This document shows positions 49,594 through 61,885 of a DNA stretch of 64,000 nt, piece by piece. Source of the DNA: Heptranchias perlo (Eukaryota); NCBI RefSeq assembly GCF_035084215.1, contig NC_090338.1:37572001-37636000 (forward strand), read 5' to 3'. The position numbers and the translations under genes are program-made. A model generated the notes under the pieces. It was not told the DNA's origin. It saw only the letters and a list, made by a program, of their open reading frames with translations, and did not search any database. Numbering within the stretch: position 1 is the stretch's first letter; every line of letters begins with the position of its first letter.

Positions 49594-50262
49594 CACCAGG
49601 ACCTCAATACTCTCTCGTCACATTGCCTTCAACTTTTACTCCATAGACTCCTTCCTAGCGACAGTGGGAGCCGACTGCCAAACCTCCACTGTACAGTTGC
49701 ATTCTGTAGGTCACATGCTTTGTTTGCATATGCTGCTTGGTTCATCTATTTCCCCCTAGAAAATGCACAGCAACACGTCACTCTGCAAAGGAACTTTGCC
49801 ATGGGGTAGGCAAGAGAAAACAGACAGAAAGTTACTCTGACTAAAAGGCAGAGTACATATTGACACAACCAATCACAGCCAAATAAACCATCTTGGGCAT
49901 TGCCTTCAGCCTTATATTAGGACCCGTTTATACAGCAGCATTTCTCTCCAAATAGCATATTCTGTCCCCTCTGAAATGAAGTCTGCTACTGCATTACAGT
50001 TCCAATAATATATTTTACTGGCCATAACAGTGTGTGGGGCAGGTTTGTTTATTGTGTTTTACCCTGGTTTTTCCCCTTGCGAGAGTGTAAGGTGCATATC
50101 TTTTACTTCTGAACTATGAACTCCTCCTAAGTGTTAGGAGTAAGTGAGGTGTTTGGCTGCTGGATTTCAGTGCATGTATGGAGTGGTCCAGTATCTCCTT
50201 GTACTGGGTCAGTAGATTGACTTGCAACTGCCGGTGCCATGGATTTTGGGGCAGTAGATGCC

Positions 50263-52463
50263 TTTTTTTTAAGTCGTTCATGGGATGTGGGCATCGCTGG
50301 CGAGGCCAGTATTTATTGCCCATCCTTAATTGCCCTTGAGAAGGTGGTGGTGAGCCGCCTTCTTGAACCGCTGCAGTCCGTGTGGTGAAGGTTCTCCCAC
50401 AGTGCTGTTACGAAGAGAGTTCCAGGATATTGACCCAGCGACGATGAAGGAACGGCGATATATTTCCAAGTCGGGATGGTGTGTGACTTGGAGGGGAACG
50501 TGCAGCTGATATTGTTCCCATGTGCCTGATGCCCTTGTCCTTCTAGGTGGTAGAGGTCGTGGGTTTGGGAGGTGCTGTCGAAGAAGCCTTGGCGAGTTGC
50601 TACAGAGTTTTCCCCCCATTGACTTCAATTTTACTAGGGCTCCTTGGTGCCACACTCGGTCAAATGCTTCCTTGATGTCAAGGGCAGTCACTCTCATCTC
50701 ACCTCTGGAATTCAGCTCTTTTGTCCATGTTTGGACCAAGGCTGTAATGAGGTCTGGAGCAGAGTGGACCTGGCGGAATCCAAACTGAGCATCGGTGAGC
50801 AGGTTATTGGTGAGTAAGTGCCGCTTAATAGCACTGTCGACGACACCTTCCATCGCTTTGCTGATGATTGAGAGTGGACTGATGGGGCAGTAATTGGCCA
50901 GATTGGATTTGTCTTGCTTTTTGTGGACAGGACACACCTGGGCAATTTTCCACATTGTCCGGTAGATGCCAGTGCTGTAGCTGTACTGGAACAGTTTGGC
51001 TGGAGGCGTGGCTACTTCTGGAGCACAAGTCTTCAGCACTACAGCCGGCATGTTGTCAGGGCCCATAGCCTTTGCTGTATCCAGTGCACTCAGCCATTTC
51101 TTGATATCACATGGAGTGAATCGAATTGGCTGAAGACTGGTTTCTGTGATGATGGGGATATCGGGAGGAGGCCCAGATGGATCATCCACTCGACACTTCT
51201 GGCTGAAGATGGTTGCAAATGCTTCAGCCTTGTCTTTTGCACTCACGTGCTGGATTCTGCCATCATTGAGGATGGGGATATTTACAGAGCCTCCTCCTCC
51301 CATTAGTTGTTTAATTGTCCACCACCATTCACGACTAGATGTGGGTGGACTGCAGAGCTTTGATCTGATCCGTTGGTTGTGGAATCGCTTAGCTCTGTCT
51401 ATAGCATGTTGCTTCCGCTGTTTAGCATGCATGTAGTCCTGAGTTGTAGCTTTGCCAGGTTGGCACCTCATTTTTAGGTACACCTGGTGCTGCTCCTGGC
51501 ATGAACCAGGGTTGATCCCCTGGCTTGTTGGTAATGGTAGAGTGAGGAATATGCCAGGCCATGAGGTTACAGATTGTGCTGGAATACAATTCTGCTGCTG
51601 CTGATGGCCCACAGCACCTCATGGATGCCCAGTTTTGAGCTGCTAGATCTGAAACTATCCCTTTTAGCACGGTGATAGTGCCACACAACTCGTTGGATGG
51701 TGTCCTCAGTGCGAAGAAGGGACTTCGTCTCCACGAGGACTGTGCAGTGGTCACTCCTACCAATACTGTCATGGACAGATGCATCTGCGACAGGTAGATT
51801 GGTGAGGACGAGGTCAAGTAGGTTTTTCCCTCGTGTTGGTTTGCTCACCACCTGCCGCAGGCCCAGTCTGGCAGCTGTATCCTTCAGGACTCGGCCAGCT
51901 CGGTCAGTAGTGGTGCTACCGAGCCACTCTTGGTGATGGACATTGAAGTCCCCCACCCAGAGTACATTCTGTGCCCTTGCTACCCTCAGAGCTTCCTCCA
52001 AGCGGTGCTCAACATGGAGAAGGATTGATTCGTCAGCTGAGGGAGGACGGTAGGTGGTAATCAGCAGGAGGTTTCCTTGCCCATGTTTGACCTGATGCTT
52101 TGAGATTTCATGGGGTCCGAAGTCAATGTTGAGGACTCCCAGGGCGACTCCGTCCTGACTGTATATCACTGTACCGCCACCTCTGGTCAGTCTGTCCTGC
52201 CGGTGGGACAGGACATACCCAGGGATGGTGATGGAAGAATCTGGGACATTGGCTGAAAGGTATGATTCTGTGAATATGGCTATGTCAGGCTGTTGCTTGA
52301 CTAGTCTGTGGGACAGCTCTCCCAATTTTGGCACAAGTCCCCAGATGTTAGTGAGGAGGACTTTGCAGGGTCCACTGGGCTTTGTTTGCCTTTGTCGTGT
52401 CCGGTCCTAGTGGTCCAATGCTGGGTGGTCCGTCCAGTTTTATTCTTATTATGACTTTATGAC
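50263..52463 (-). mobile_element. Crack/Daphne-like LINE with APE endonuclease and RT, internally deleted
   Basis: APE motifs TESYL, YRPP, GDFNVHH, LDLVLTN and SDH. RT motifs KAMGPD, QFGFRQ and LDIKEAFDRVWH. Poly-A tail. TSD-like TAGATGC (50255-50261) and TAAATGC (52464-52470). Confidence 0.92.
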
Positions 52464-55282
52464 TAAATGCTCTCGAACACATCTGTAAATATTTGAGTGG
52501 AGCAGCTAATGCCTGTGGAGGTTACTACGGCCTCAAGGACATCTTCATCCACATCACCACCAGCCATTTCCCTACCGATGGGCATTAACTCAGCATGGCT
52601 AGAGAATTGTATCGGAGCAAACCATTGACAGCAATGACGTAGTTCAAGCCCTACATTAGGTGGTTCCCCAACACGGTGAATCCAAAAAAAGATTGGTGTA
52701 GATTGGAACTCAAGGTTTCCAGAGCATCATCCAAAGCATCGGTGCTGCAAGCTAATCCTGAATTTAGGACTTTGCCTAAGGAGTGCTCCACTGTAGAAGA
52801 CACTGCAGTGGCCCAACTGTCTATAGTGGTCTGCAGCTTGGTAGATGGCCATGCAGCAGTACTCAGAAGTAGGTTGTAGACCCAACCATTGATGCCCACA
52901 TCTGTATAGACTATGGGGCAGACTTTGGGTAGAACAGGTAGACCTGTTTTCGGGCCCCAACTCGGCACTGAGCGACCAGCACGCACCTGAACCGAGAGGC
53001 TTGAGGATCGATGGAAATTGGTCTTCGGGCCTCATCTGTATTCTCGGCGAGAGCTGGCTGCACTGGTTCCGCCTCCGCAGCCTGAGCGAAGAAATCAATG
53101 TCGAGCCACCTGCCTGGCCAGATGCGGCTTCCAGGTAAATCCCGGGGAGGGGTTGAACAGGCTGTAGAGGAGGCGGCCTCCCGCGGTTGCTGTCGAGTCC
53201 TGGGAGCACTCCTGCTCCACAGGAACAGTTTCTAGAAATATAATGTTCACATAACTTTCGATGATAGCCGCAGGAGCAACTAAAACCCGGGCAGACCCGG
53301 CACAGCCCCAGTGCACCCGAGATAGGGAGAGAAAAATCAACCAGGGTCCCACTTTGTTTTATTTATATTAATCGCCATCAGTTCTGTTATAAACACATCG
53401 ACAGAGAAAGTAATGACAAAGCAAGTTCCCTTTTAAAAAGAACTTTCCCCATTAACCATTTCTTCATTTCCCACCATGAACTGTTCTGCCAGAAATAGCT
53501 GATCCTAGTCAAAATTTCCTGACACTGGTCTTGTTATTCCAAATCTAATCAGTAGAGGGCAAGAACATTCAACTCTGAAATAATTCAAAACTTCAAGAGT
53601 TTCTGCTGAGCTTACAGAACACCTGTGCCTATTAACTCTGATAAGTGTCCCCGCCCCAGGGTCAATTGCAGCATCCAAACCGATGCCCCAGCTGAGATCA
53701 ACACAACCTGACAATTGAACTGCTGAGGATAGATCTTCCTCTATTAGTGCCCAATAAACAGCCAATGTACACAGCACACTTCAAGCGCGCTGCGACTGAG
53801 AGAAGGAAACTACCCACAATTTTCCTCCGCTAGGCCAATTGCGTTTGCAGGAAATCCCAGCAAAGCAGCAGGCCTCCGAGCCCTGAAGTTGTGTTCCAGG
53901 CCACCAAGATTGGAGCCTTCTGGCTGTGACTGCAGAGTGGCAGGTAGAAGGCCCCAACCGCTTGCATTCATCCTGTGGGGGTAGTAAACATTTTAATTAA
54001 AAACTCACCTTCCTGTCTTCAGACTGTCCCCAGGACCCCCACCAACCCTCTCGTCAGTGGGCCCGGGGGGAGGCCATTGAATTAGCTTTTTACAGGCACC
54101 CTCTGCTGTGGCGCGATTGGGCAATAGTTGGGAAGAATGAGGCGGAAGGCTGTGAATGCTCCCTCCCATCTCAGTAAGATAGCTATGCTGGGCTTGCGAC
54201 TACTACAAGTGCAGGTCCAATTGGGCATCCTGCACCTGGAGGAAGCCTCAGGAAATCCCAGTGGGACGCAGATTTGATGCAATAGACCTCCACTCCTTTT
54301 TCTGCCCTGTGCCTGATTCCCCAGGCTTATTTGTACAGCTTTGTGCTACATTGGATGGTGACTTTATGTTTGGGAATACTAATTTCTCTCATCTATAAAG
54401 TGTAATCTTCCTTAGTTGTGCAGACAGGGTTGAATTGTCTTCAGGGAGATTACAATATATAGTTTAGTAATAATGATGTTGCTGAAACTGGTACCGATAG
54501 TTGCACTAGTGAAAATAAAGCAACGATTATGATCGTGAAACAAGCATTTTGTGGTTCAAAGTAAAGTCAAATAAAATAAATATAGGATTTTCAAGTCAAG
54601 TAGCTAATAGCAAGTATAACTTAAATGTTTGTGTCGTGTGCATCCTTATAGGGCTGTATTTAACTGTTGAAATTAAACTTGAAGAAATGCGATTTAAAAC
54701 AATTGCAGAATCTCGGTAAACATCGTCAAATGATTGACAGAAACTGTGTCTACTAGAAACAAATAATTTCTTATATAGTCAAAGCACCACAGATATAAAC
54801 ATATTTTGTAAATGTTAGCACTGCATATCACAACATGGACTAGCATCAGAGAGCATTGAGGAGGTCAATTCAAGAGCTCTGCCATACCGATCCTGGCTGA
54901 GATAAGCTGAATAAATATGGACCAGATTCATTCCTAGTTCTATAGTTCAGTATCACGCCGCACAGTTCATTCATCCATTGAATAATTAGTGGAGATAGCA
55001 AAGCTTTATGAGTCACCCCAATTTATAAGTTATTTTTATTCTTCTTCTTTTAGGTCCACCATCTTATGTGCAATTCCCTGTGTAAATGGCAGCAAGACAA
55101 CCTACTCTACAGTCTCTGCCGATATCAGTCTACAATCAGCCATTGCAAGGTCAAGGTTTGGCACACCCTCTCATTTTCCATCTCTTCCCTAGATAAACCA
55201 ATGGTCTTCAAATGCCTAACCGAGATCAGAAACTCACCGTGTGCAGAATTACGGGGAAAACTCTGCATCCTACCACCACACG

Positions 55283-55298
55283 GCACTAGGTGGCAGCA
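55283..55298 (+). promoter_or_regulatory. CTCF-like core motif
   Basis: GCACTAGGTGGCAGCA versus consensus CCASYAGRKGGCRS (one mismatch). Motif match only. Confidence 0.3.
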
Positions 55299-56414
55299 CA
55301 TCAATACATTACAATTATTTTTGTAGGTGAGACACAATGGACACTGGCCTCGATTCATCTTTTAATAATGCAGACAAAATTAATACAACAAATTCAAATT
55401 CTTTTTAATTCCCAACAACAAAGATTTCAAAGCTTTTCTGATATTTATCCTGTACAGGGCAAAAAAATGCTTCCGATAGTGCTCAGTGGCACCAGTTCAG
55501 TTGATTTGTTATTACACCTGCACGGTGCTGATAGCTAACATTTAAACATGGTGCTTGTTACACATTCCAAAGCTTAGGTGTTATCAAGAAAAACCTGGTA
55601 GTGAAATCCTACTGGTTTTGAAAATGAATCTTGCTTTAGAAAAACTATAATTACTTTTGTTGACTAATCATTGCCAATGTTACACCTGCACAGTTGTTTT
55701 AAAGTTGCCATTTGCAACTTTCTTCAGGGAACTGATGCTTCTCTCAGTGAATGTGAAAAGTTCTATAGTGATGAGCCAGAGCAAAATTGCTTTACTGCCC
55801 AATACAGGTGGGAAAAGTCAATGTTTTTTCCTAGCTTTAGTTCTTTAAATATGGAGCAGCAGTTTTATTATTTTCTATGCTACCTCAATATTGTGTGATA
55901 ATCTCTCCTTTAATAGGACTAATAACTTTGAACATTGAATCTGCAAGAGATTATTTCTTCATAAGCACACACTTGCAACATCAGAATCATTAAACCTATT
56001 GTGGGAAGTCATCAGGCATATATAGCATGATTGCCGCGGCCAGCAAAAACTGAGCAAAAGCAGAATTAAAAACTCCACATAGAATTGACATGGTGGCTCT
56101 GGATTTCCTTGGGATCTGAGACACAAAATGGCTGGGAGTTCAGCGGACGGCATGGAAGATCAGGTGGGACACAGAAAAACCAGGAGTCCGCCCAGAAGAG
56201 CTGCCATAGAAAGTTTCCATTGAGGCCTGGGGTGGGCAGAAGTTCTGTCTACCCCATAGACGGCCCATTACATCAGAAGGAAGTGAGGTCAACAGGATGG
56301 TGTACCTGGCCAGAATTCTCGTAGCTTCCACCTCTAGACATCAAAAAGAAATCGCGTCCAAGTCTATGAAGGGGCACAAGTGGAACCCACTGCGATGTTC
56401 AGGATTGGGACTTG

Positions 56415-57340
56415 GCCTGTACACCTCACACTACTGCAATATCATGGAAAATCAACCTTATCAATAGTTTGAAATCCCTTGAAGTCGCCACAAGTGACTC
56501 AACCCTCCCTTCCATCAGGTGTTTGCCAGCATCACATCTTCCTGCTGCCCCGCATGCATGGGTACCTGCCAGCAATATATAAATTGGCTGCTTCCACCCT
56601 GACCTCAAATACTCTGAAAAAAGTTATTAAAGTCTTGTGTCTGGTGCACAATTCCTGTCCACAAACCTTATTTCCTGTTCTTGTGATTTTTGAGCAATGG
56701 TTTTATGTTAACATTTATAATGGTTCTTACCAATGTAAACATTTGCCTGACATGGTGCAATGTCAGGTCTCCCACCACTGGAGGCCCTGTGGAGTTTTCT
56801 CATTCCCCTCTCCTAGCTCCCCCACTCTTTGGCCACCTCAGACTCTGGCTCTGTTCCTTCGGCTGCTCCCCAGTCTCTGGCCTCTGCTCAGTTTGAAGGA
56901 TGATGACAAGCACGTGAGGAGCCCAGTCCTTCAAAAGAGGGGAATGCAGCTTGGGAACCATCTGCATAGATATCCAGAGACAACTAGCACTTGGATGGAT
57001 TTTGTCTTTTGGCTAGTCAGAGGCATGAATGACAAAATCAGACAAAACCACTGTGAGATAGACCATGGCTTTGGTCCAGTGGGTCTGAGCACCTGGGCTG
57101 CTGCTCAGCATCAACACCCGCCCCCCGCCACCTGCAAGGCCATGTAATGTTTCAGCACTATAATGATGCTTCCACCTGCCAGCAGATGGCTCTGGCCTCA
57201 GGCATGGCCTTCAGCATGTAAAACATAGTGAGGCCAGAATAGGGCTGGGAGAATGGGTAGAGTGTGGCGACTTAAAGGGATTTCAAACAATTGATAAGGT
57301 TGATTTTCCATGATACTGCAGTAGTGTGAGGTGTACAGGC
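56415..57340. repeat. 78-bp inverted repeat (56415-56492 / 57263-57340)
   Basis: Arms are reverse complements with 3 mismatches. 770-bp spacer. Confidence 0.85.
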
Positions 57341-57699
57341 AAGGCCACAAGTGCTGCTTGTGTCTTGGAGGACCAAGGTACTGCTGGAGTAGGGAGCCAT
57401 CTGCAACCTGGACACCTTCAGCAACGACTGTGCATGGCACTGTGCCAACCAAGTACCACCCAAGCCTCGGCTAAATTATGGTTTTCCTGCACCATCACCA
57501 GGTGTGTTGCCTCATGAACTTGGCCATAACCAGGACTAGGGATTGGCTTATGCTAGTTCCAAATTTCAAGATTCTAAATTTGCAAAAATGGCATTGGACT
57601 TAAATCAGGTCGGTTGGGCAAGCAGGTTCTGCCTCCTGTGTAACATTTGCCTATTTCTCTGAGGGAATAGGTCCAAGGCATTGCATATGCTGCTGTCTT

Positions 57700-58560
57700 G
57701 AGAAACAGCAGCCTGATATAGGCCAACTCCAGATGTAACCATTCTACTGGGCCCAGGGTTCGGAGAATCACCAATCAGTGAGACAGCAGATCTAATAGCT
57801 GCAACCAGATCCTAGAATCCCTGAGAAAGTGATCTATATCTCAGCCTCAAGTATCTGAAAGCTAGAGAACAGTTTTCTCTCTTACCTGTCCCCATGTGTC
57901 TCCAGGACTGTGGTTTGTGCTTTTATGAAGGAGGAGGTACAGAAGGCTTCAGGGCCACTTCTGAGTTGAGGGATGCTCATGGACTCCATTGAAGCAGCTA
58001 TATGCTCCATTGATGTCTGCAATGACGAAAAAGCTTTCCTGATGTTACAACAAACGAGGGCTGTAGACTCCAGAGCCACCGTTGTTGGTTGCCGCACATC
58101 CTCAGAGACTGACCTCAGTGCCGGTATATAGCTGTGAAGTTCTTCTAACATCCTTTTTAGGCAACAACCCATGAGGTGAAGTGTTAGAGAGCCTTTGAAC
58201 CATGGTGCAGTGTGAAGAAAGACTAGTGCTCCAAGTAATAAAAAGAGGGTAATCAGTGTGCTGACTCCTGTGGTGCCGAAGAGAGAAAAGGGACAATGGC
58301 AGTTCTCTTACCTTACCTGCCCTCGTCAGATCATTGAATGTTTTCCTGCACTGGTCTGCTGTTCTGAGGGTCAAGGATTGCCACCTGCCTCCATAAGGCT
58401 TGAGATAATTTTCTCATTTCTTTTTACCATGAGAACCTAGCCATGTTTCTCTACTTACTTGCATCTCACCTACAAGAGTCTGAAAGTGATTTCCCATTTA
58501 AGTTATGACCTCATTTTTCTGCCTCCGTGCAGTGGACTGCACCCTTCTTTGGGTCTCTCT
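57700..58560 (-). pseudogene. Third Harbinger-type Myb/SANT gene remnant
   Basis: TLRTADQCRKTFNDLTRAGK followed by a GTAAG donor, the same exon boundary as in the other two copies. Confidence 0.7.
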
Positions 58561-59639
58561 GGCTGCTTCTGAAGTTGAAACCATTTTTACAAAATCCATA
58601 TCCACAAAATCTGACATGCTAACCAAGCTGTCGTGTTATCAGTACTTACCTGCTCTTCCCCCCCCCCCCCATCCACCAAGTCTGCTGCTACTGTTCTCAG
58701 TTGTTACATGATTTTAAAGGCAACTAGAACAAATTTACATTTTGCACGGGAGTTTTGCAGCCTCAATGTCAACCAGGATGCAAGTGAGCTGACCCTGTGA
58801 ATTGTGGCATCTGGTCTAAGTTTTAGTGCAAGCCTGGAGAAACATGGACTTTTTAGCCTCGAAAAAGAGATGTCCAAAATGTGAACTTACAGAAATATAC
58901 AAGATAGTTAACAGTATGGAAAAAGTAAATTATGTAAGTAAGACAAAGGGATAAAAGTTCAAATTAAAAAAAGACAAACTTAGGACCGATAGCCAGTTCG
59001 TTTCACACGTAAAAAATTATCAATTCATGGCATGGACTTTAGCAGGCAGAAGTCCCACCTCTGGAGCAGAAGAATGGTGCAAATGGTCCCATAGATTTTC
59101 AGGGAGCATGTGGAAGCTTAGACTAAATAATCTGTGATGGCCTGCGTTTGTTTTAACACTTATGGGGCTGTAACTGAACTCTGCCAGCTGCTGCAAGAAG
59201 AACTGCAGCTAAAAACATTTGCCCTCTCAATGTTAGGGAGCTGTACAAATTCTGTCCCACCCAATGCAGCTAATTCCAAACATTGCCAGGTGTGTATTTA
59301 GTAACCTCGAAATGTCTTCTAGTCTGGAGAAAGAACTTTGATTATATTTGTGAGTCCTATGACATGCAGCCTAGGGTGCATGAGGAGAGGACAATTTATT
59401 GTAATAAAACTCTTCATTATAATCCGATTACCTCAGTACAAAATTAAAGGAATTGGTCAGGCTACATCTTGTACTGCTTCATGGGTTTGCCTTCTGGGTT
59501 TGCAGCATTGTTTCTCCAGCTGCTGCTGTAAAAACTCCTTTCCTTTGAAAAATTCTCTAGTGTTCTGTTGTTAGTATTAACTTGTCTAAAAATGGATACT
59601 TTTGTGGAATTTCCTTGTGTTAAACATTTGTAAACCCTT

Positions 59640-59927
59640 TGATCTCTGTGGCTCTTCCAATTCTTGCTTCTTGCACATCCCTTATTTTAATCGCTGCCTG
59701 GGCCCTAGGGTCTGGAATTCCCTCCCTAAATCTCTCCGCATCTCTACCTCTCTCCCCCTTTAAGATGCTCCTTAAAACCTACCTCTTCTACCAAGCTTTT
59801 GGTTAGCTATCCTAACATCTCCTCATGTGGCTCGGTGTCAAATTTTGTTTGAAAACACTGCTGTGAAGCGCTTTGGAATGTTTTACTACGTTACAGGCGC
59901 TATATAAATGCAAGTTGTTGTTGTTGA
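59640..59927 (+). mobile_element. L2 3' fragment
   Basis: Reverse complement of the 205-530 type sequence. (TTG)n tail. Confidence 0.85.
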
Positions 59928-60094
59928 TTACTACCATACAGACCAGACGCCCTGACGCCTGATTCCCAGCCTGTGCCAAGTTAGAGGATCTCTGAGCTAA
60001 GAAGGGGAAAAATTATCCAGGGTTCTTGTTCCTGATTGTGATCCAGTGACTCATGCTGGAAAAGGTCTGTCTCTGGACACCCAGGTGACAAAGA

Positions 60095-60660
60095 AAGCAG
60101 AAAGAAAGAACTTGGATTTATATAGCCTCTTTCTCATCCACAGGTCATCCCAAGGCACTCACAACCAATGAAGTACTTTTGAGATGTAGTCAGTATTGTA
60201 ATGTAGGGAAATGCAGCAGCTAATTTGCACACAGCAATGTCCACAATCTTCAGTGAGAAAAATGACCAGATAATCTGCTTTAAATGGTGTTGGTTGAGAG
60301 ATAAATGTTGACCCAGACAACAACAATTTGCATGTATATAGCGCCATTAAAATAGTAGAACATCCCAAGGCACTACACGGAAGCGTTATCAAATGAAATT
60401 TGACACCGAGTCACATAAGGAGATATTAGGACAGGTGACCAAAAGCTTGGTCAAAGAAGTAGGTTTTAAGGAGGAGATAGGCGGAGAGGTTTAGGGAGGG
60501 AATTCCAGAGCTCAGGGCCTAGGCAGCTAAGAACTCCCCTGCTCTTCAAATAGTGCCTTGGAAAAGTTTACGTCCATCTTAGAGGGCAGAAAGAGCCTAA
60601 GTTTAATGTCTCTTCCGAAAGACGGCACCTCTGACTCAGTACTGCACCGAAGTGTCAGTT
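60095..60660 (-). mobile_element. SINE with an L2 3' fragment (60318-60527) nested inside
   Basis: SINE tail at 60095. L2 tail ACAACAACAATTTGC at 60318. SINE core resumes at 60530. Confidence 0.7.
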
Positions 60661-61885
60661 CTACTGGCCTATGAGACCTGTATTTACAGTAATCGTTAAA
60701 CAAATGGCAGTCACATTTTGTCATGTCCAAAACCAAGCAGGGCCAAGGGGACGGAATCATTGCTCCAGTCTTTGGGGGTAATTTTTAACTTTGCCCCCTA
60801 GGTGGTAATCTGGCGGAGCAGATCACCCACCCATTGTAGAACCTGCCCTTTTTGCTTTCCGTGAGTCCTCAGGCATTGCCTCCAGCTTAGATTTCCAGTA
60901 GGATATGGTGCTCCCTGTCAGAGGGTAAGGATACATGTGTAAACAATTTGCAGAATTCCTGCCATGTCCTAATTTCCATTGGCAAACTGTAAACCACTAA
61001 GAGGTTTCTCTTTCAAATAATATGGGATTTGGTAAATTATCCAGATGTCACTCTTTCCCCCCTTTTCCTTACATGCTTATCAGATTCAGCCACTCAGAGA
61101 CTGTGCTCCATCAATGTTAAACTTACTGGGCTTCAATCGCAGTGGCAATTGTTTATAATAAGGGGTTTCTATCCAGGGTTGACACTGGTAAATGTCTCTG
61201 GTTCTCCATATCAAATTGGGCCTGCCTTCAGACAGGGCTCCCCGAACGCCTATTATTAATTTAATTTCCCCTTCTAGAGTTGCCAGATCCTGATGCCACA
61301 CATTTACAAATTCTGACATGGCTGTATGGTTGTGTTCCAAACCCTTCCCAAATACTTCTCAATACAAGTAACATTCCCTTCCTGCTATAGCAATAAACAG
61401 GTTTATCGCCACCAGGCTTAACTTTACACAAAGATAAAACGAAAAAGAACAGCTCTGGCTGCTGCAGTAGCAACAAGGCCACTCCCTCAATGACAACTGA
61501 AATTTAAATCGTAACGACCGACATTCAAAGCAACCAGTCAATGGGGTGTATGTACTACCTTCTCCCCAACTCTGAGTAGCTTTAACCAGATGTATCAAAC
61601 TTTTGCACACTCTGTACCTTAAGTGTAACAATCTCTGATTAACTAATTGCATGGATACCGAAGTTTTATTCTGCTGGTTTTGTCATAACAGTTAACATTA
61701 CCTGACAAATTTCTTTGTTTGTTTTATATACCTTCTTCGCTCTGGAGATTGGCGACCACTGTACTTTCTGGTCTCTGTATAGGTGACTGTATTAGTATAA
61801 GCCATCTATGGGTGCAGGTCCTTCCACACCTCACTTCCCTATAGCATTAGCTGACTGAGTTCCCAGCATTTGCTTTGCCTCGTCC

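Noticed and set aside
52900-53140. DIRS-type methyltransferase-like reading (LWG...VDLFS...W...PAWP) on +
   Set aside because: Spacing and key residues (YAFPP) do not fit, and there is no RT, RNase H or tyrosine recombinase nearby. Probably coincidental.
56479-57147. 222-aa ORF inside the inverted repeat
   Set aside because: Non-ATG start, no motif and composition typical of decayed repeat sequence.
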